Shown here piece after piece: positions 39,766 to 53,300 of a DNA stretch of 64,000 bases (position 1 is the first letter of the stretch; every line of letters begins with the position of its first letter). The DNA lies in NCBI RefSeq assembly GCF_963676685.1, contig NC_092351.1, forward strand, positions 54,126,001-54,190,000. The letters run 5' to 3'. Source of the DNA: Mytilus edulis (Eukaryota). Both the position numbers and the translations under genes were made by a program. A model generated the notes under the pieces. It was not told where the DNA came from. It saw only the letters and a program-made list of their open reading frames with translations, and searched no databases.

Positions 39766-40271
39766 AGTAAGTTATACACACTTGTATGCACAATAGTTAT
39801 ATACAACAAATAGAAAACATAAAACATATTTGAAAGACACAGCTGTAACCATTTCTTTATATATATCAGAAAGGGACATGGCTTTTACATTTTCATAGAT
39901 TTACATTGTTAGTTAGATCGAATTCAAAGTTTTAATGCCATGTCATGTTTATCATTGTTTATGTAGAGAATATATAGCTTTTTTCATAGATTTTGTTAAT
40001 TATTTAGACTTAAAATGTAGTGAGTGCAGTTTTATAATGATTTGCAATTATATTTGTTATGAGTGTGTTCTTATTAAAACGTCAGATTCAAAAGTTTTTA
40101 TAATGTTTAATGTCCATTGGTTTAGATAAAACTTTTTGTCTCGGCTGCAACAAACTTTGAAGAATATGAATTATACTGATTACATTCAGTAGTCTACGAC
40201 AATGCAAACTATTAATATGAAGCTTTGTATTTCTTAGCTAACCTAAATAGTTAAACGGATGCGTGTAATGA

Positions 40272-40653
40272 ACTATGTTTTTCTATGTTGTGATGTTATG
40301 CTATTGTTTCGGAAAAAGGGAGAAGGTTTGGTTCCATTAAAACGTTTAATCCCGCTGCAAATGTTTGCACCTGTCCTAAGTCTGGAATCTGATGTACAGT
40401 AGTTGTCGTTTGTTTATGTAATATATACTTGTTTCTCGTTTCTCGTTTTGTTTATATAGATTAGACCGTTGGTTTTCCCGTTTGAATGGTTTTATACTAG
40501 TAATTTTGGGGCCCTTTATAGCTTGTTGTTCGGTGTGAGCCAAGGCTCCGTGTTGAAGGCCGTACTTTAACCTATAATGGTTTACTTTTTTAAATTGTTA
40601 TTTGGATGGAGAGTTGTCTCATTGGCACTCACACCACATCTGCCTTTATCTAT
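40272..40653 (+). mobile_element. Short SINE-like retroposon (3' part repeated at 44048-44205)
   Basis: 40497-40653 is nearly identical to 44048-44205; tail ggagagttgtctcattggcactcacaccacatc. Confidence 0.75.
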
Positions 40654-40839
40654 GCTCAACGACAACAAGTAATTTAATCTGACTATAATTCTATAATTTC
40701 AGATTCTGATATATATTGACAATGTTCTGCTACTTAAAAATGTAGATTTCAATGAGTGCTTACATACAATTGAACTGGGGTCAATTTCATATGTTAATAC
40801 TCTTCACGGTATTGATCCAGAGGGACGACTTTTAAAAAA

Positions 40840-41690
40840 GTTATACTGCGGCGATTATCAAGATTATTGCTCCCGTTTGAGATCAGTCAGCGATACGACA
40901 CGAAAAGTGAAAAAGTCGGATTAGTATCCTCAATATTCTGGAATGTCCTATCATTGTCTGAACGCAGTCGTTTAAGTTCGTAACAGATTCTACCGGTCGG
41001 GAAGGGGTCCAAATAGTTCGGCAAAGCACCCCGACAGTTAGGTGCGTCCCGTAACATCGGGAAAACTCAGCCGATTATGTCTAGTCGGATTACAATCGTG
41101 CCTATATATATGTCGTAACAGATTCTGCTGTATCGGATCGAATTTCTAACAATGTTCTGTGTATTCTGGACGGTGTCCTGTGGAACGGGAATGATCTGGA
41201 TTTTTTTATTGTTGTTTTTCTGCCGATTGGATCCAGACTGCATCCAGATCTTGTCGATTGCTAACCGTTTTTGCAAAAACCGTTCCGAAACAGTCCCGTT
41301 ATTAATTCGAAAATCGTCAATGATACCCACGTCAGAGTCCCGACAATTACAGAATACAATACGACTAAGACCAGACAAAGCCGTTTGTAATGTGATAAAG
41401 CGGACCGTGGTAGGATTACGTTCCGACAAAGCCTGATCATCCCGAGTATACCGACAGTGTTCGAACGGATAACTTCCGTCAGCGTCGGTTCATTGTCTGG
41501 TCACTGTCTGATCTCTGTCGGATTAAATTCGGTAGATTGGGGACGCAGTCGTGACACACTCGCTCAAATTTTACCAGGCAAAAGATACAAACCGGATAAG
41601 AAGCTGATATAGAACGGAATTATTGGGATAATTTCGCTTTGAAACGGTTGACTATCGACGCTTCCTGAACAATAACTGATTGTTGTCGTG
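40840..41690. repeat. CpG-rich non-coding insert, probably a non-autonomous DNA element
   Basis: Abrupt rise in GC and CpG with many cga/tcg words. The overlapping ORFs have no recognisable motif, and termini were not resolved. Confidence 0.4.
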
Positions 41691-41824
41691 ATTAAGTTAT
41701 TTTAGTGACAAATTTTGATTAAAAGTTGAATTTCCATCCACGATTCACACGAAATACCACTCTGAAAATGTTTTCCATTCTACTGCCATGATAACTAGTA
41801 CTTTAAATGAACTATACTAGTATA

Positions 41825-43316
41825 TCACAACGAACTCATTTACAACAGTCGCCTTACAGAATTGTTACGTATTCGATCTGGACACATGCATTCCAAGTGA
41901 CAGAATGAATTCTTGTCGGGCGTTATACCAAAACTAATGTAGGCTTTTTTATTAGTTATGAGTGGTTATGAACTACCTGTCAGTTAACTGCAAGTACTCT
42001 CAGATATTTACCTAGTGCCTTTATGTTGTTCGGATGTACAAGTATCCGGCCACATCCACTGTGCTTTTGTCCATCTGATGAGTTAAGTGTTTTTCAACTG
42101 ATTTTTATAGTTCGTGCTTATGTTGTACTGTTATATGTACCTGTTCCAAGTCAGGAGTCTGTAATTCAGTGGTTGGCATTTGTTTATAGTTACCTTTTTT
42201 TGTTTTTCGTTCTTTTTTTATATTTGTTAGTTTCTGTGTCATTTTGGTCTCTTGTGGATACTTGTCTCATTGGCAATCATACCACATCTATTTTTATAAT
42301 TGAATGCTACCGCTGAATCTTTAATAAAATGATAGTCTGCAATTTTGGAGGCACTCTTGACATTGACAGTCACATAGTCCATCATTACTCAAATAAGAAT
42401 AACAAAGAAAGTTAAGACAATAAGCATAAACTAAAGGCTCAAAGTGATGATTTAGAATGATTATATCTATTTCCACTTGCAGTTCATATGGTATTAACTC
42501 AGAGTTACTGTGAAACATGTGAAATATGATATCATCTGTAAGCAATATTTTCCATGATTGAACAATACTTTTTTTTAAAGATTTAAAGAAAAATTTCAAT
42601 TTAAGCAATTGGTGTTGAATGCACGACACATCCATGACATAGAGAAGTTTTTCGGGAGTACATTTTGATATAGAATACTCGATGATGGTTGATGCTGTTT
42701 CTTGTTGTTTTATCTTATAGTAAAACGATGCTAACATTAACCACCCAGAAATAGCGTCATGTTGAATATTCTGTAGCAGAGTACACAGACAAGAAATATA
42801 TTGTTTGTATTGGTGTCTATAACTACTTTTAGTACTGTTTAGTTGAACAGACTGCGCATATTGTCCAGACCACAATGACAAGAAGTACGTGTACAAGTAT
42901 TTTAGTGAGGATTGATGAAAGGAAACTTTCTGATGTAAACCTCTAATTGTTCGCAAAAGAATCCCAATCAAAAGCATCATTTGTCAAACATGATAACAAT
43001 GAATTAAGTGCGTTTGAAACCTTCATAGAATGCAATGTATGTGCTTCAATTTCAACCATCCACGTTGATACATAAAAGTTAGAAAATTGATTAGAAAATC
43101 AGGTACATCGCTTTTCATTACAATGCAGGTTATAAAGTTTCTCTAACAGTTTTTCACGAGCGCGTCCCTCTATTTTGTTCTCAAACATGTTGTTTTCTGG
43201 TATGAAGTAATGTAAACAAGCTGAATAGTGAACGGAATATATCAGTCTGCTTAAACATTACATGAAACAATGTAAAAGGTTTTCAGGTATCCATATTGAT
43301 TGTGGTAGTTCTTCTG
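41825..43316 (-). pseudogene. cGLR pseudogene, 3' half only
   Basis: Starts abruptly at SEELPQSIWIPENL (43316) and contains stops and frameshifts. The 219-aa ORF carries LLQNIQHDAISGWLMLASFYYK. A short repeat is inserted at ~41925-42300. The paralog-like stop region is at 41825-41920. Confidence 0.9.
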
Positions 43317-43319
43317 GGG

Positions 43320-45790
43320 AGGGCATACCGTATTAATTGAGGGTGTGTATAAGTATTTATGAGATATTTGTTCATTTTAAATGTCTGAACGTACAAAGCA
43401 GCTACTTTTGCCTATTCTCCAGGACCAAACATATCGTGTTTCTGCATTACAGAATAGGACAAACTCTATAATATTCCGTGGCTGGTATGAAGGTTGTGTG
43501 CTTCATTAGGGGTCCTGACCATTTCTTTCATGTTGTATTAAGCTTTGACTACTGATATATATAGTCAGTATTTCTTTTAAGCGGAGATATCTACTATATG
43601 CAACCATTGGTGGTTTTGGAAATAGCTCCCTAAGAAGTCATTTATAATGTTTTCGCAAGGCTTTATTTATATTAATCCTAACGAAAAATGATATTTAGTT
43701 ACAAATACTAGTGATATTTGATTGTCAGATTCTTATATAAAGCAGAGTAACTCTGACCGTTCGATTTTGAGAGCCGAATCACAGTTACGATGTATTTCAT
43801 GCTCCTTATATCCCCGTTGCTTAAGATGGCCTTCGAATTTACAAATTGTATCTTTGAAATTCTGTGTGCTGATGTTGTTTCGGTGGTGGTAAATTCAGAG
43901 AAGTCTGTTTGCTTATGCTTATGCATAGATGTCCTATCGAAATATTCATATGTATTAGAAGGTTTGATATAGCTCTTTATATCAAGGATACCAGTGCTCC
44001 TGAACCTCATCCCTTTATGTACGACTGTATCGAGAAAAATAGATTACACTAGTAATTTTGGGGCCCATTATAGCTTGTTGTTCGGTGTGAACCAAGGCTC
44101 CGTGTTGAAGGCCGTACATTGACTTATAATGGTTTACTTTTTCAGATTGTTATTTGGATGGAGAGTTGTCTCATTGGCACTCACACCACATCTTCCTATA
44201 TCTATCTTCGTTTGATATTTCCTAAGTAAACTTTAATTAAGGGTGATGATCATTTGCTTTTTAAAAAAAAATCCTCAACTTCTTTTCGTGTTGAAGGAGC
44301 TATTATAAACGCATCATCTCTATACCTACCGTAAAATAAGATCTTATTTTTATACTTAAATTTTTCAATAATTTTATTGATAAATTCGAATGTTCGAATA
44401 TCACAAATCTCTGGGCTGTATTTTACTGCACTACTATAAGCCCGTCTTACAGATTGAATAATGCATAGAACTCCATGTTAGTTTACATGCTGGTGCTGTC
44501 AAAAAAGATTAAAATGCAATCCCGATCAGGTCTTAAATATATCCCTTGAATAGCTAGTTTAGGAAGGAGTCTTAATCTGGGTCTCTCTTTCAATGAGCCT
44601 CGAAGAAAATCAAGAGTTATTCCATCAATCTCACCATTGTCAAACATCCTGCTGATTTGTGTTTGGATATCATTTCTAATCAGTAATAGATAAGGTTATT
44701 GTATCTGGGACAATATCCCTAATGGACCTAGGCTTTGAGATGAGGAACACAGATTTATGACTCTCATTAAAAGATTAGTCCGCCATACAATTGTTGAAGC
44801 TGTGATTTAAAAAATGACATAAATGAACTTGGACTGGTGTTTTTAGAGCTGATGTGATGTGAAAAAAAGTATACAAAAATAAACCTAATCAAATAATTAC
44901 GAAGGACATATTTTTAAAGATTTGTATAGTCAGAATTTGTGGTTAATTCCTGAGGAGAGTGACATTTATAACTATCTCTGGGGGTTGGACACTTGACGGG
45001 TAAACAAATCACACTTGAAAGATTTTTATTCTGCCTATAACATGTATAAAAATCATTAAAAATATGTCCTTCGTAATTATTTAGCGTCACACATGTGCAA
45101 GTGGCTCAGCTTCAATATCAGCCATTATACATATCCAAGTTTACGATCTGGCCTTAGCAACAGAAGAAAACGTTAACATTACTGCCTATGGAGAATTCAG
45201 TAGGCATATTGCACCATCTTCATGTAATGGATAGGCTTTCACTGCCTTAAACTTTCTTTAATGTAGTGTGTCTTTTAAGCTATTACAATTGCGCCTCCTT
45301 TATCGAAAATATTCAGGCATGTTTCTCAAAGATTGTAATCCTAGCTGTTGTTTTTAGTGAAATTGTAGTAGTTATTTCGTAAATCAAGTATAGCTAATTC
45401 AAACTTTGTTAGATCTAGATAATTTTCAAGTTCGAATCAAGCAAGTGTTGGTTCATAAGATGATTTCTGTCGGAACGGATGCATTCCCCGACTTTCTGTA
45501 TTGCCAAAATGAAAACCACATCGCAGTTTTGTGGCAAATTCATTAAAGTCTGTCACTATATGTATGCCTATGTTACACTTCTTAGGCATAGGTATAACTT
45601 TCAAACCTCTACCTAGAACTATGTATTGTTCGTCTGTCAATTGACAAGTGGCTAAGTTATATACATATTGTTGAGTGCTATTATTTCTCTTTTCTTTCTA
45701 GAAACCCGACTGAGTTATCTTGCTTTTTGTGTAACAGTTTTTTCTTTCTTTTTAAATCTGCGAGCCCTTTATATTGACTTTTATTCTGAT
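43320..45790 (-). mobile_element. Degenerate Penelope-like retroelement of a second lineage
   Basis: Minus-strand pieces in the expected order: LTDEQYIVLGRGLKVIPMP..DFNEFATKLRC (45640), SPEICDI..FYGRYRDDAF (~44320), HP*LKFT*EIS, FLDTVVHKG..LDIKSYIKPSN (~44000) and LFPKPPMVAYSR (~43610). Many stops and frameshifts. Confidence 0.82.
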
Positions 45791-47756
45791 AGTTATAATT
45801 GAGATCACAGTTATACCCGTTACGCCAAAAAAAACCACAGTGGAAAAAACAGCTGTCTGCATTCACAGACAAATGAAAACTGAATGCACAAATGTTATCG
45901 TACATCTACTAAATGATGAATTATGATGTTGACCTCAGCTGACCTTTTATGTCAGTGTTTGGAAAGTAAACATATTTAACCCAAATATCGATACCTTAAT
46001 TAACATGTATAACTCCACTTATCTGTATTGAGGAGTAGTAGAAGTGGTATTGTGAAAATTAAAATCCATTTTAAGATGAAAGATTAACACTTGTTTTGTC
46101 AAACAATAAATAGAAAAATCCAATGACAACATGCCAACACATTTCCACACTAATTAGTAATAATATGAATTGTCTCCGTGTCTTTTCCTTTGGTAATATG
46201 GTCCATAGTGCTTTTCGAATTGTTTGCTACGGTTTGCTGCTTTGAATTAGGCTAGATTATTGTCATTAAGGTCTTTTAATTCTCCTATTTGTTTTACATT
46301 ATTGATCTTGCTGTACCTGCACTACTTTTACTTGCCATTCCAATTTTTTCCTTTGCCTTGCTTCTTATAGTGGTTATTCCAACCATATTTCCCCCAAGGA
46401 ACCGTCTCATGTTCGAATAATTCTGTCCGTGAATGTATTTCTTGTTTTTTTTTCTGTGCGGTCCCTTAACATATGGTTCAACATTGCCTAGATCAGGGAT
46501 GTATCTCAAATTCATGTGAGAGAAAGGCGGCATATTATGTGATGTTTCGCCGTACACCATTCCTTCTCTGGCTTTCGTTATGCTGAGTCTCTGGTTCATT
46601 ACTTTGGGTAATGGTCGGTTTATGCCATTTACATCTATTCGGTCCAAATCATCGACATCACTGTCGTTCATTTCATAAGCAGCGATCGCGAGAGCTTCTT
46701 TGTTTAATGGTCTTATTCATAATATGAAAGAAAATAATCTAATTAATAAATACGTGTCAGCAAATGTTTTACAATGGCAGGATTTCAGAATGCATTACAG
46801 AAACCCTTATCAAGTGTGAGTCCCTGAAAACAGGAAATACGGTCCGACATCAATCACAATTGAAGCGATACATGAGAAGGTACTAAAAAGGACATAATTA
46901 TTCGGAACTTTTTTTGTGAAGAACTGGACAAACTAGAACTCATTTATATGGTGACATCTTTATAATGTCTTGTATTTGGCGTCGTTGGGTTTCTGTTTCG
47001 TTGATGATTACTCAAATCGTTTTTTAGAAAGCAGCATTCAATTCTTGAAAAAGAAATATTGTCAATGAGTCAATCAAATTTTAATCTGTTGGAAGACAAA
47101 CATAATCACAACAGAAGAAACCAAAGAGCTGTCCTCAATCATTATTTCGAAATTAAGACTCTTTTTCTCGAATCGAACTGCTAGATTGACTGAGTTATGA
47201 TATATTGATTAGTTGTACCACTTTGAACACTGTAAGTTTTTTCATACATGTAGTGGCCAATTTTTTTTGTTAGATCATCCAAACAGTAAAAACCTTGAGA
47301 ATTGAGATGGAAGCCGCACTGCCGTGGAATGTGGTCATACTTACAGCATCGGTTTATTCAGACTTGCAATGAAGAAATTGTGTGACTTAGGCCACTCAGG
47401 TACCAATATCCCTCCAAACCGGTAGTGTGTAACGTGGCTAAATATAAGTGGTTAAAGCGTCAAAAGATTTGATACATTAAACAAAAAATATGTTGCAACA
47501 ATCAACTTTCTTGTATTTCCCACTTGAACTGAATTCCTAGTTTAAAGATTTGTACTGAAAGAAACAATAATTTCTAGAAAACAAAAAATCCATTTAATCA
47601 TAACACATTTCTGTTTGATATATTTTATTTAATTTTATTTAATTTGCAATTTATTTGTACATGTTAATGATCGAATATCTCTTAATGTTTACGTTAAATC
47701 TTATGTTTGTCAGCCGTTAACATGGTTAACAAATAGTTCAACCAAATTCACTTATA

Positions 47757-49735
47757 TCACACTAAGTTCATTAGTAACATTCTATTTACAGACGTGTTGT
47801 ATCTTTGATCCGGATCTATTTTCACTGACCGCATAAATGCTTGTCGGGCGGATTCATTGTCTCCTAATAACTGAAAAACAATCCCAAGAACAGTGTAAGC
47901 TTTATATTGAAAATTTTTATCATTTTCAATAAAATATCTTTCTTCTATAACAAGTTGTAAAGTATGTATGCAATCCTGACATTGTCTGACATTATTGAGA
48001 TGATAATGACATAAAAACATTAGAAAATAGGCATAAACTATAGAGGAAATGATAAAGGGTCTATCCTCTACTTCCATTTGTAGCTCATATGGTATTAAAC
48101 GTGAATTTTCCTTAAATATTATAAAATCTACAAGTATTATTTTCCACATCTGTACCATACATTTTCTTTGAAATACTAACAAATCGTTCAATCGGACATG
48201 AGTATCCGACATAGTCATGAAGCGGTTTATTTTTTCGGGAGTACACTTGGCTATAGAATACAATATTATGTGTAAAGCGTTATTATATTGTTTTGTCTTA
48301 TAGAAAAACGAAGCTAACATCAGCCATCCAGATACAGCGTCATGATAAATATTCTGTAACAGAGTACAAAGACAGGAATTATACTGTTTGTATTGGTGTT
48401 TATTACAACTTCTAGTACTGTTCAGTGGAACAGACTGCGCACATTGTCCACACACCAATGATAAGTAGTAAGTATATAAGTATTTAAGTGAAGATTGGTC
48501 ACAGGAAATAATCTGGTACAGTCCTCTTTTGAAATTATAAGTGTCCACTTTTGAATCAATAGGCACAATATTTGCCAAACATAATAATTTTGAATTTAGT
48601 GTTTTTGCAACCTTAATAGTATGCAGTGAATTAGGTTCAATCTGAACAATCCACGTTGATACACTAAAGTTAGATACTTGATCTGAAAATAAGATGCATC
48701 TCCATCCGTATCTATACAGGATATAAAGTTTCTCTAACAGTATTTCACGAACACCTCCCTCTATTTTGTTCTCAAACATATTGTTTTCTGGAATGAAGCA
48801 ATGTAAGCAAATTGAATACTGAACACAATAAATAAGCCTGCTAACACATCGCATAAAACAAGGTATAAGATTTTCTGGCTTCCATATTGATTGAGGTAAT
48901 TCTTCTGATATCCAAAACATAATTGTTTTAGAGAAATAAGAACAAAGTAAATCTTCACAATCGGTGTAGGTTGCTATCACATCTTTCAAAAGAATTTTTA
49001 GGAGAGCATAACATATCAATTGAGTGTGTGTAAAAGTATTTATTAGAATTTTTTCACCAACAGAAAAAGAAATTCGCCATTCTATATTCTCTTTTGGTGA
49101 TCCTTTAACTCCGATTGGTACAAAAAGCACTCCTTGGTTTATAATACGTTGTTTGACATTATAACCAGGCCATGAGTTATTTGATCTTGTTATCCATTTT
49201 GATGCTTGAGATGTCCATTGCTTACAATGTAAGCAAAGGACTTGGTCCATAAATCCGTCTTTGTCAGATATACTTGGTCCATGGATTTTTGAACCATAAA
49301 TATTCATTGTATTATCAAGGAAACCTTGTTTGCATAATGTGCTCGAAAGATAAAATGTTCCATTAAGTTTTTCACAGAACTGTAGTAAACTTTCAAATTG
49401 ATTACCAGTAAGTTCCACCACCATCTGAGTAAAACAAGGTTTAAGGTCGTCTGTTTCCGTTCTCAAATATATAAGATTTGGATTGAGTCGAGGTTTTATT
49501 CTATCTGTATCAACCTCAATAAATTTTGCTACATCCATTATATCTAAATCACTCCCTCTCATCTCAAGCCCTTCACCAAAACTTCCACTTGTGATAGTGG
49601 TATAATGGTTGTTGTTTGTCATAACATCCCTGACAGTATTCATCAGTCTTAGTGTTTTAACATGATTTTCTGTTCCAACTATGTTAAAACACATAAAACG
49701 ATACAGAGCTATTGATATGGTTTTTGTTTCCATGT
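47757..49735 (-). CDS. cGLR (Mab-21 NTase plus TPR-like C-terminus), copy 3, large coding exon
   Basis: Uninterrupted ORF with SGSFGEGLEMRGSDLDIM, FMDQVLCL and WRISFSVGEK. Acceptor ttatttcag|AC ATG GAA, with ATG at 49733. The 3' flank is homologous to that of copy 2. Confidence 0.92.
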
Positions 49736-49994
49736 CTGAAATAAACAAGCTATTACTTAATCGATTTATCATAAAAAATACAATATAATATAAAAATTTA
49801 CCTACATTTTCTCCTTTTAATGAATTTGTTAAGATAATGTCCTTAATATTTCATCGTCTGTTTTACATTAGTTAAATATTTGCCCTTGAGGTAAACGGTC
49901 AATGATGTGGAAAGATCAGTTTCAATGTATGTGATATTGAAACACGATAGCAAAAAAATATAGATTATCGTTGATCATCTTAACAAGATTGATT

Positions 49995-50330
49995 TCAAAT
50001 AATTTAAGTACTAATGGTATTCACAGTTAATCACTTTTATAGGCAAATTGTCTTAATACCACATAATAAAAAAGTCGTTAAGATAAATTCGTTACATATT
50101 GTTCTAATGACCTAATACGATATATATAGGGTCAGTAAATTTCATATGGGGTGAGAGGGAAGCTCGAATCCCCATATTGAATTTACTGACCGCATATATA
50201 TCGTTTAAGGTCACTATATAGCTAGCACACTATGTAAAGAATTTATCTTACCGACTATCTTAACATGTGTTAAAAAGATTAGTGGTCTATAAACGTGATT
50301 TTTAATACCATAAGTACTTAAATTATTTGA
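49995..50330. repeat. ~335-bp imperfect foldback
   Basis: Outer arms tcaaataatttaagtact.atggtatt / aataccataagtacttaaattatttga; inner arms 50073-50151 pair with 50170-50256. Confidence 0.85.
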
Positions 50331-53300
50331 TTATCTTGTCGATTTTATCTTATTGAATGGATCTGAAATATAGGGATTTGAAAACATTAATGTAATTGGA
50401 ATAGTTCATCTACAATTTTGAAAGAGTACTCAAAATGTTATGGTATATGGATAATTAGGAAGTCTTTCACTAGAAACTAAAGTTAAATTTAGAATGTTAT
50501 CGTTTTAGAGTAGAATGACTAAAATAAAAAATAAAAACTTAGTTGTACTACGTATAAGCTTATTTTAAAACTACATAATGCTGGTATTTGTGAATTTAAA
50601 TGGGTGCAATTTGTAAAATCTGTGTTTAACTCATCATTAGGTTATATGTTTCTCAACCAATACTTTAAAACACAATAGCAAATAAATATAGATCATCGTT
50701 GATCATCTCAACGAGATTGATTTTCTCGCTTAAACTGGTACGTGTAATCGACTTGAGATGACCTGATAATCTGTTTATCGATATTTTACCTATGACGACG
50801 TTGACAATTTCATGTTATTTGCATTTGCTCACGCCACGTGCCCCATTACATGTAGTTTTTAGCGATAATTTTTCATATCACTCGACTCCGCTGATAAAAA
50901 ATAACTATCAATAAACAAGATCAAAGAAATCTTTCGTAAAATAATGATAATGACAAAGATACGTTAAAGATCATATGTTAAATATAAGCACCCACCATTT
51001 AGTAAACTGTTTAGTCGGGTATTTCTGGTAAATTTGGTCCTTTTGTTTAATTTTAATCCAATATCTTATCAACAGTGTTTATATTTTAATGAATTGGTCC
51101 GACGGAAGTATAGATTTTAAACAAAGAAATCAATTCACTAATTGTCGGTGCTATAAAGCTTTAAGCGCAACTTTTGTAGAATTTCGGGGCCGTCAGCTTT
51201 TATGGGTGGACAGATGCAACGGAATAGTAAGAGTTCATGCTCAAATGTAATGCATCATATATTTAACGAACGGGACGATTTTAATATTGAAATTATAAAT
51301 TTACACACTTCTACCGCGTATAAGGTATACACTTCGCAACTCATACCAGAATATTAAAATCGTGACGATCTACCAAGAAAAATTAATGAGACATGGTGCT
51401 CAGGATTGGTACCGGGTGGCTTTCTTTTCAAAGTACATGTATCGCAAAAGGTATCATGACCATTAAGATAGATAAATAGTTCATGTCAATTTCAGAAATT
51501 CTACAAAATAGTCTCGATTTATTTATCATATCTGTTGACGAAGCGTACCATAATCTGTAAAACTGAATCGCAAGATATCAAAAGAATTAAAACTTAAACA
51601 GTGTTAAAAGTAAATAAAAACTGACGACGATATTGGTTAAAAGACCAAGAGATAAACAGCAGAATACAAAACACAACATTGAAACGAAAGATTGAGTAAC
51701 AGAAACACTCGGTTTGATTGGCGAGTATTTGGAAAAAAGAAATATTAATCTGATCAATTACAATATTTCACATGTTTAATTAATATAAATTAATATAAAT
51801 CACTATAAAAGCAAACAGCTATTTAAATTAACAAATATAGGTCCAGTACGGGCTTCAACATTTAGTCAAATTCATACTGCATGGTCTTCAATTCCAGAAT
51901 TGAAAAATGTAAACAAACGAAAAATCTAACCGCCTGATTAATGTAAATATGAGTAAGGAAGAAACAAATATAGTATATAGAAACAAACGACAACCAATGC
52001 ATTACAGACTCATGTCCCGAGACATACAGAATGTGGCGGGGTTTAACTTTTCCAAGGCGCGCCAACCCTCCCCTAACCTGGGACAGTGTGTACCAGTGCA
52101 ACAAGCTATATGTAAAATCATCTTCATTTTCATCAACCGTCAGAAGACATGGTTTAATATTTCTACACATTTCACTCATGAACACGTTTCTGCACATGAA
52201 AGGTTATACTCATTTGACTCAAACTTGCGTAGTTTTTCATCTCTCTATAACATGATCAATGTTTTGTTGCAACAAAATATACAGGCCTTCCTGTTGAACG
52301 ACTGCATTCTAGAGCGCGCACAAAAACCCGAAACTGAGGGACAACAGTCATATAAAGGTATATTGTCATTGAATATCAGTTTAGAAACTTGCTCGCTCTA
52401 AAAGGGGGAACAATTATGTTTACTTGTGTAATTTTTGTAGCATGAACGATGATAAATTGCCTGCACGGAGTTCGCCCAATTCACATTCAAGTTGATGTTC
52501 ATCTCATCCAATCTTTTATTCATTGCAGATAGAAAAGTCGACTTCCCTTTACTGGTTAATTAACTAAACATTTCAGTCGAGTTTGTTTTTTTGCATATTA
52601 AGCACTGCATAAGATTTAACGACTTTTGTCTTTTCTTTGGACTTTAAGAAGCAAGTTTGAACGGACTAGACGAACCGTACATGTCACGGAATATTTACTG
52701 AAACTATCCGTCAATTATTTAGATTTTTACAATAAGACTTTTCGGACATATAATATTTAATCATTGGTCAAAACTGATGTGTTATAACAAAAACACAGAA
52801 TATAAACGTATGCAAATAAAATATGTTCCATATATAAGTGCACTTTAATTGAAAATATTTGTATAAACATGTCATAGGGAAAAAGGTAGTAATTTCATAT
52901 ATCAGTAAAGAGCAAATTATTGACTAATAAACAAAATGTGACGGAAGGCTAGTGATAAGGCTCCGTGTTGAAATTTAAGTTTTTTACTGCATTCTTTTTC
53001 CATTGATTTCATCAGTTTTTTTATATTAAGGTTCCGAAATTTTTATCAGCTTAACATATTATGGGATAATTTGTGTTACTACTAAGAAGAAGAAACTAAA
53101 GTTTGTGTCTGAATTTGGAATAAAAATTACCTTAATTTTAAACAGTCCAAACTGAATAGAATATTTTGACACTGTATCAATTTAAAGTAAGCAAACATAT
53201 ACAATTTTTGATTTTAAAAAAGAGGATTGAAACATGTGATATTGCGTGTTCAGAAAGGTAAGGCATGTTCCATCTGTCTGAGTTATCTCAATATATTTAC

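Noticed and set aside
41067-41436. Overlapping 120-aa and 94-aa ORFs
   Set aside because: A by-product of local GC richness in a repeat-like insert, with no protein motif.
42066-42105. CTGATGAG..CTGA as a hammerhead, C/D box or SECIS (also at 35832-35865 on the minus strand)
   Set aside because: No GAAA for a hammerhead, too short for a snoRNA or SECIS helix, and it lies within a dispersed repeat.
51862-52401. 150-aa and 111-aa ORFs
   Set aside because: They run through a SINE-like repeat (51980-52100) and have no recognisable domain.
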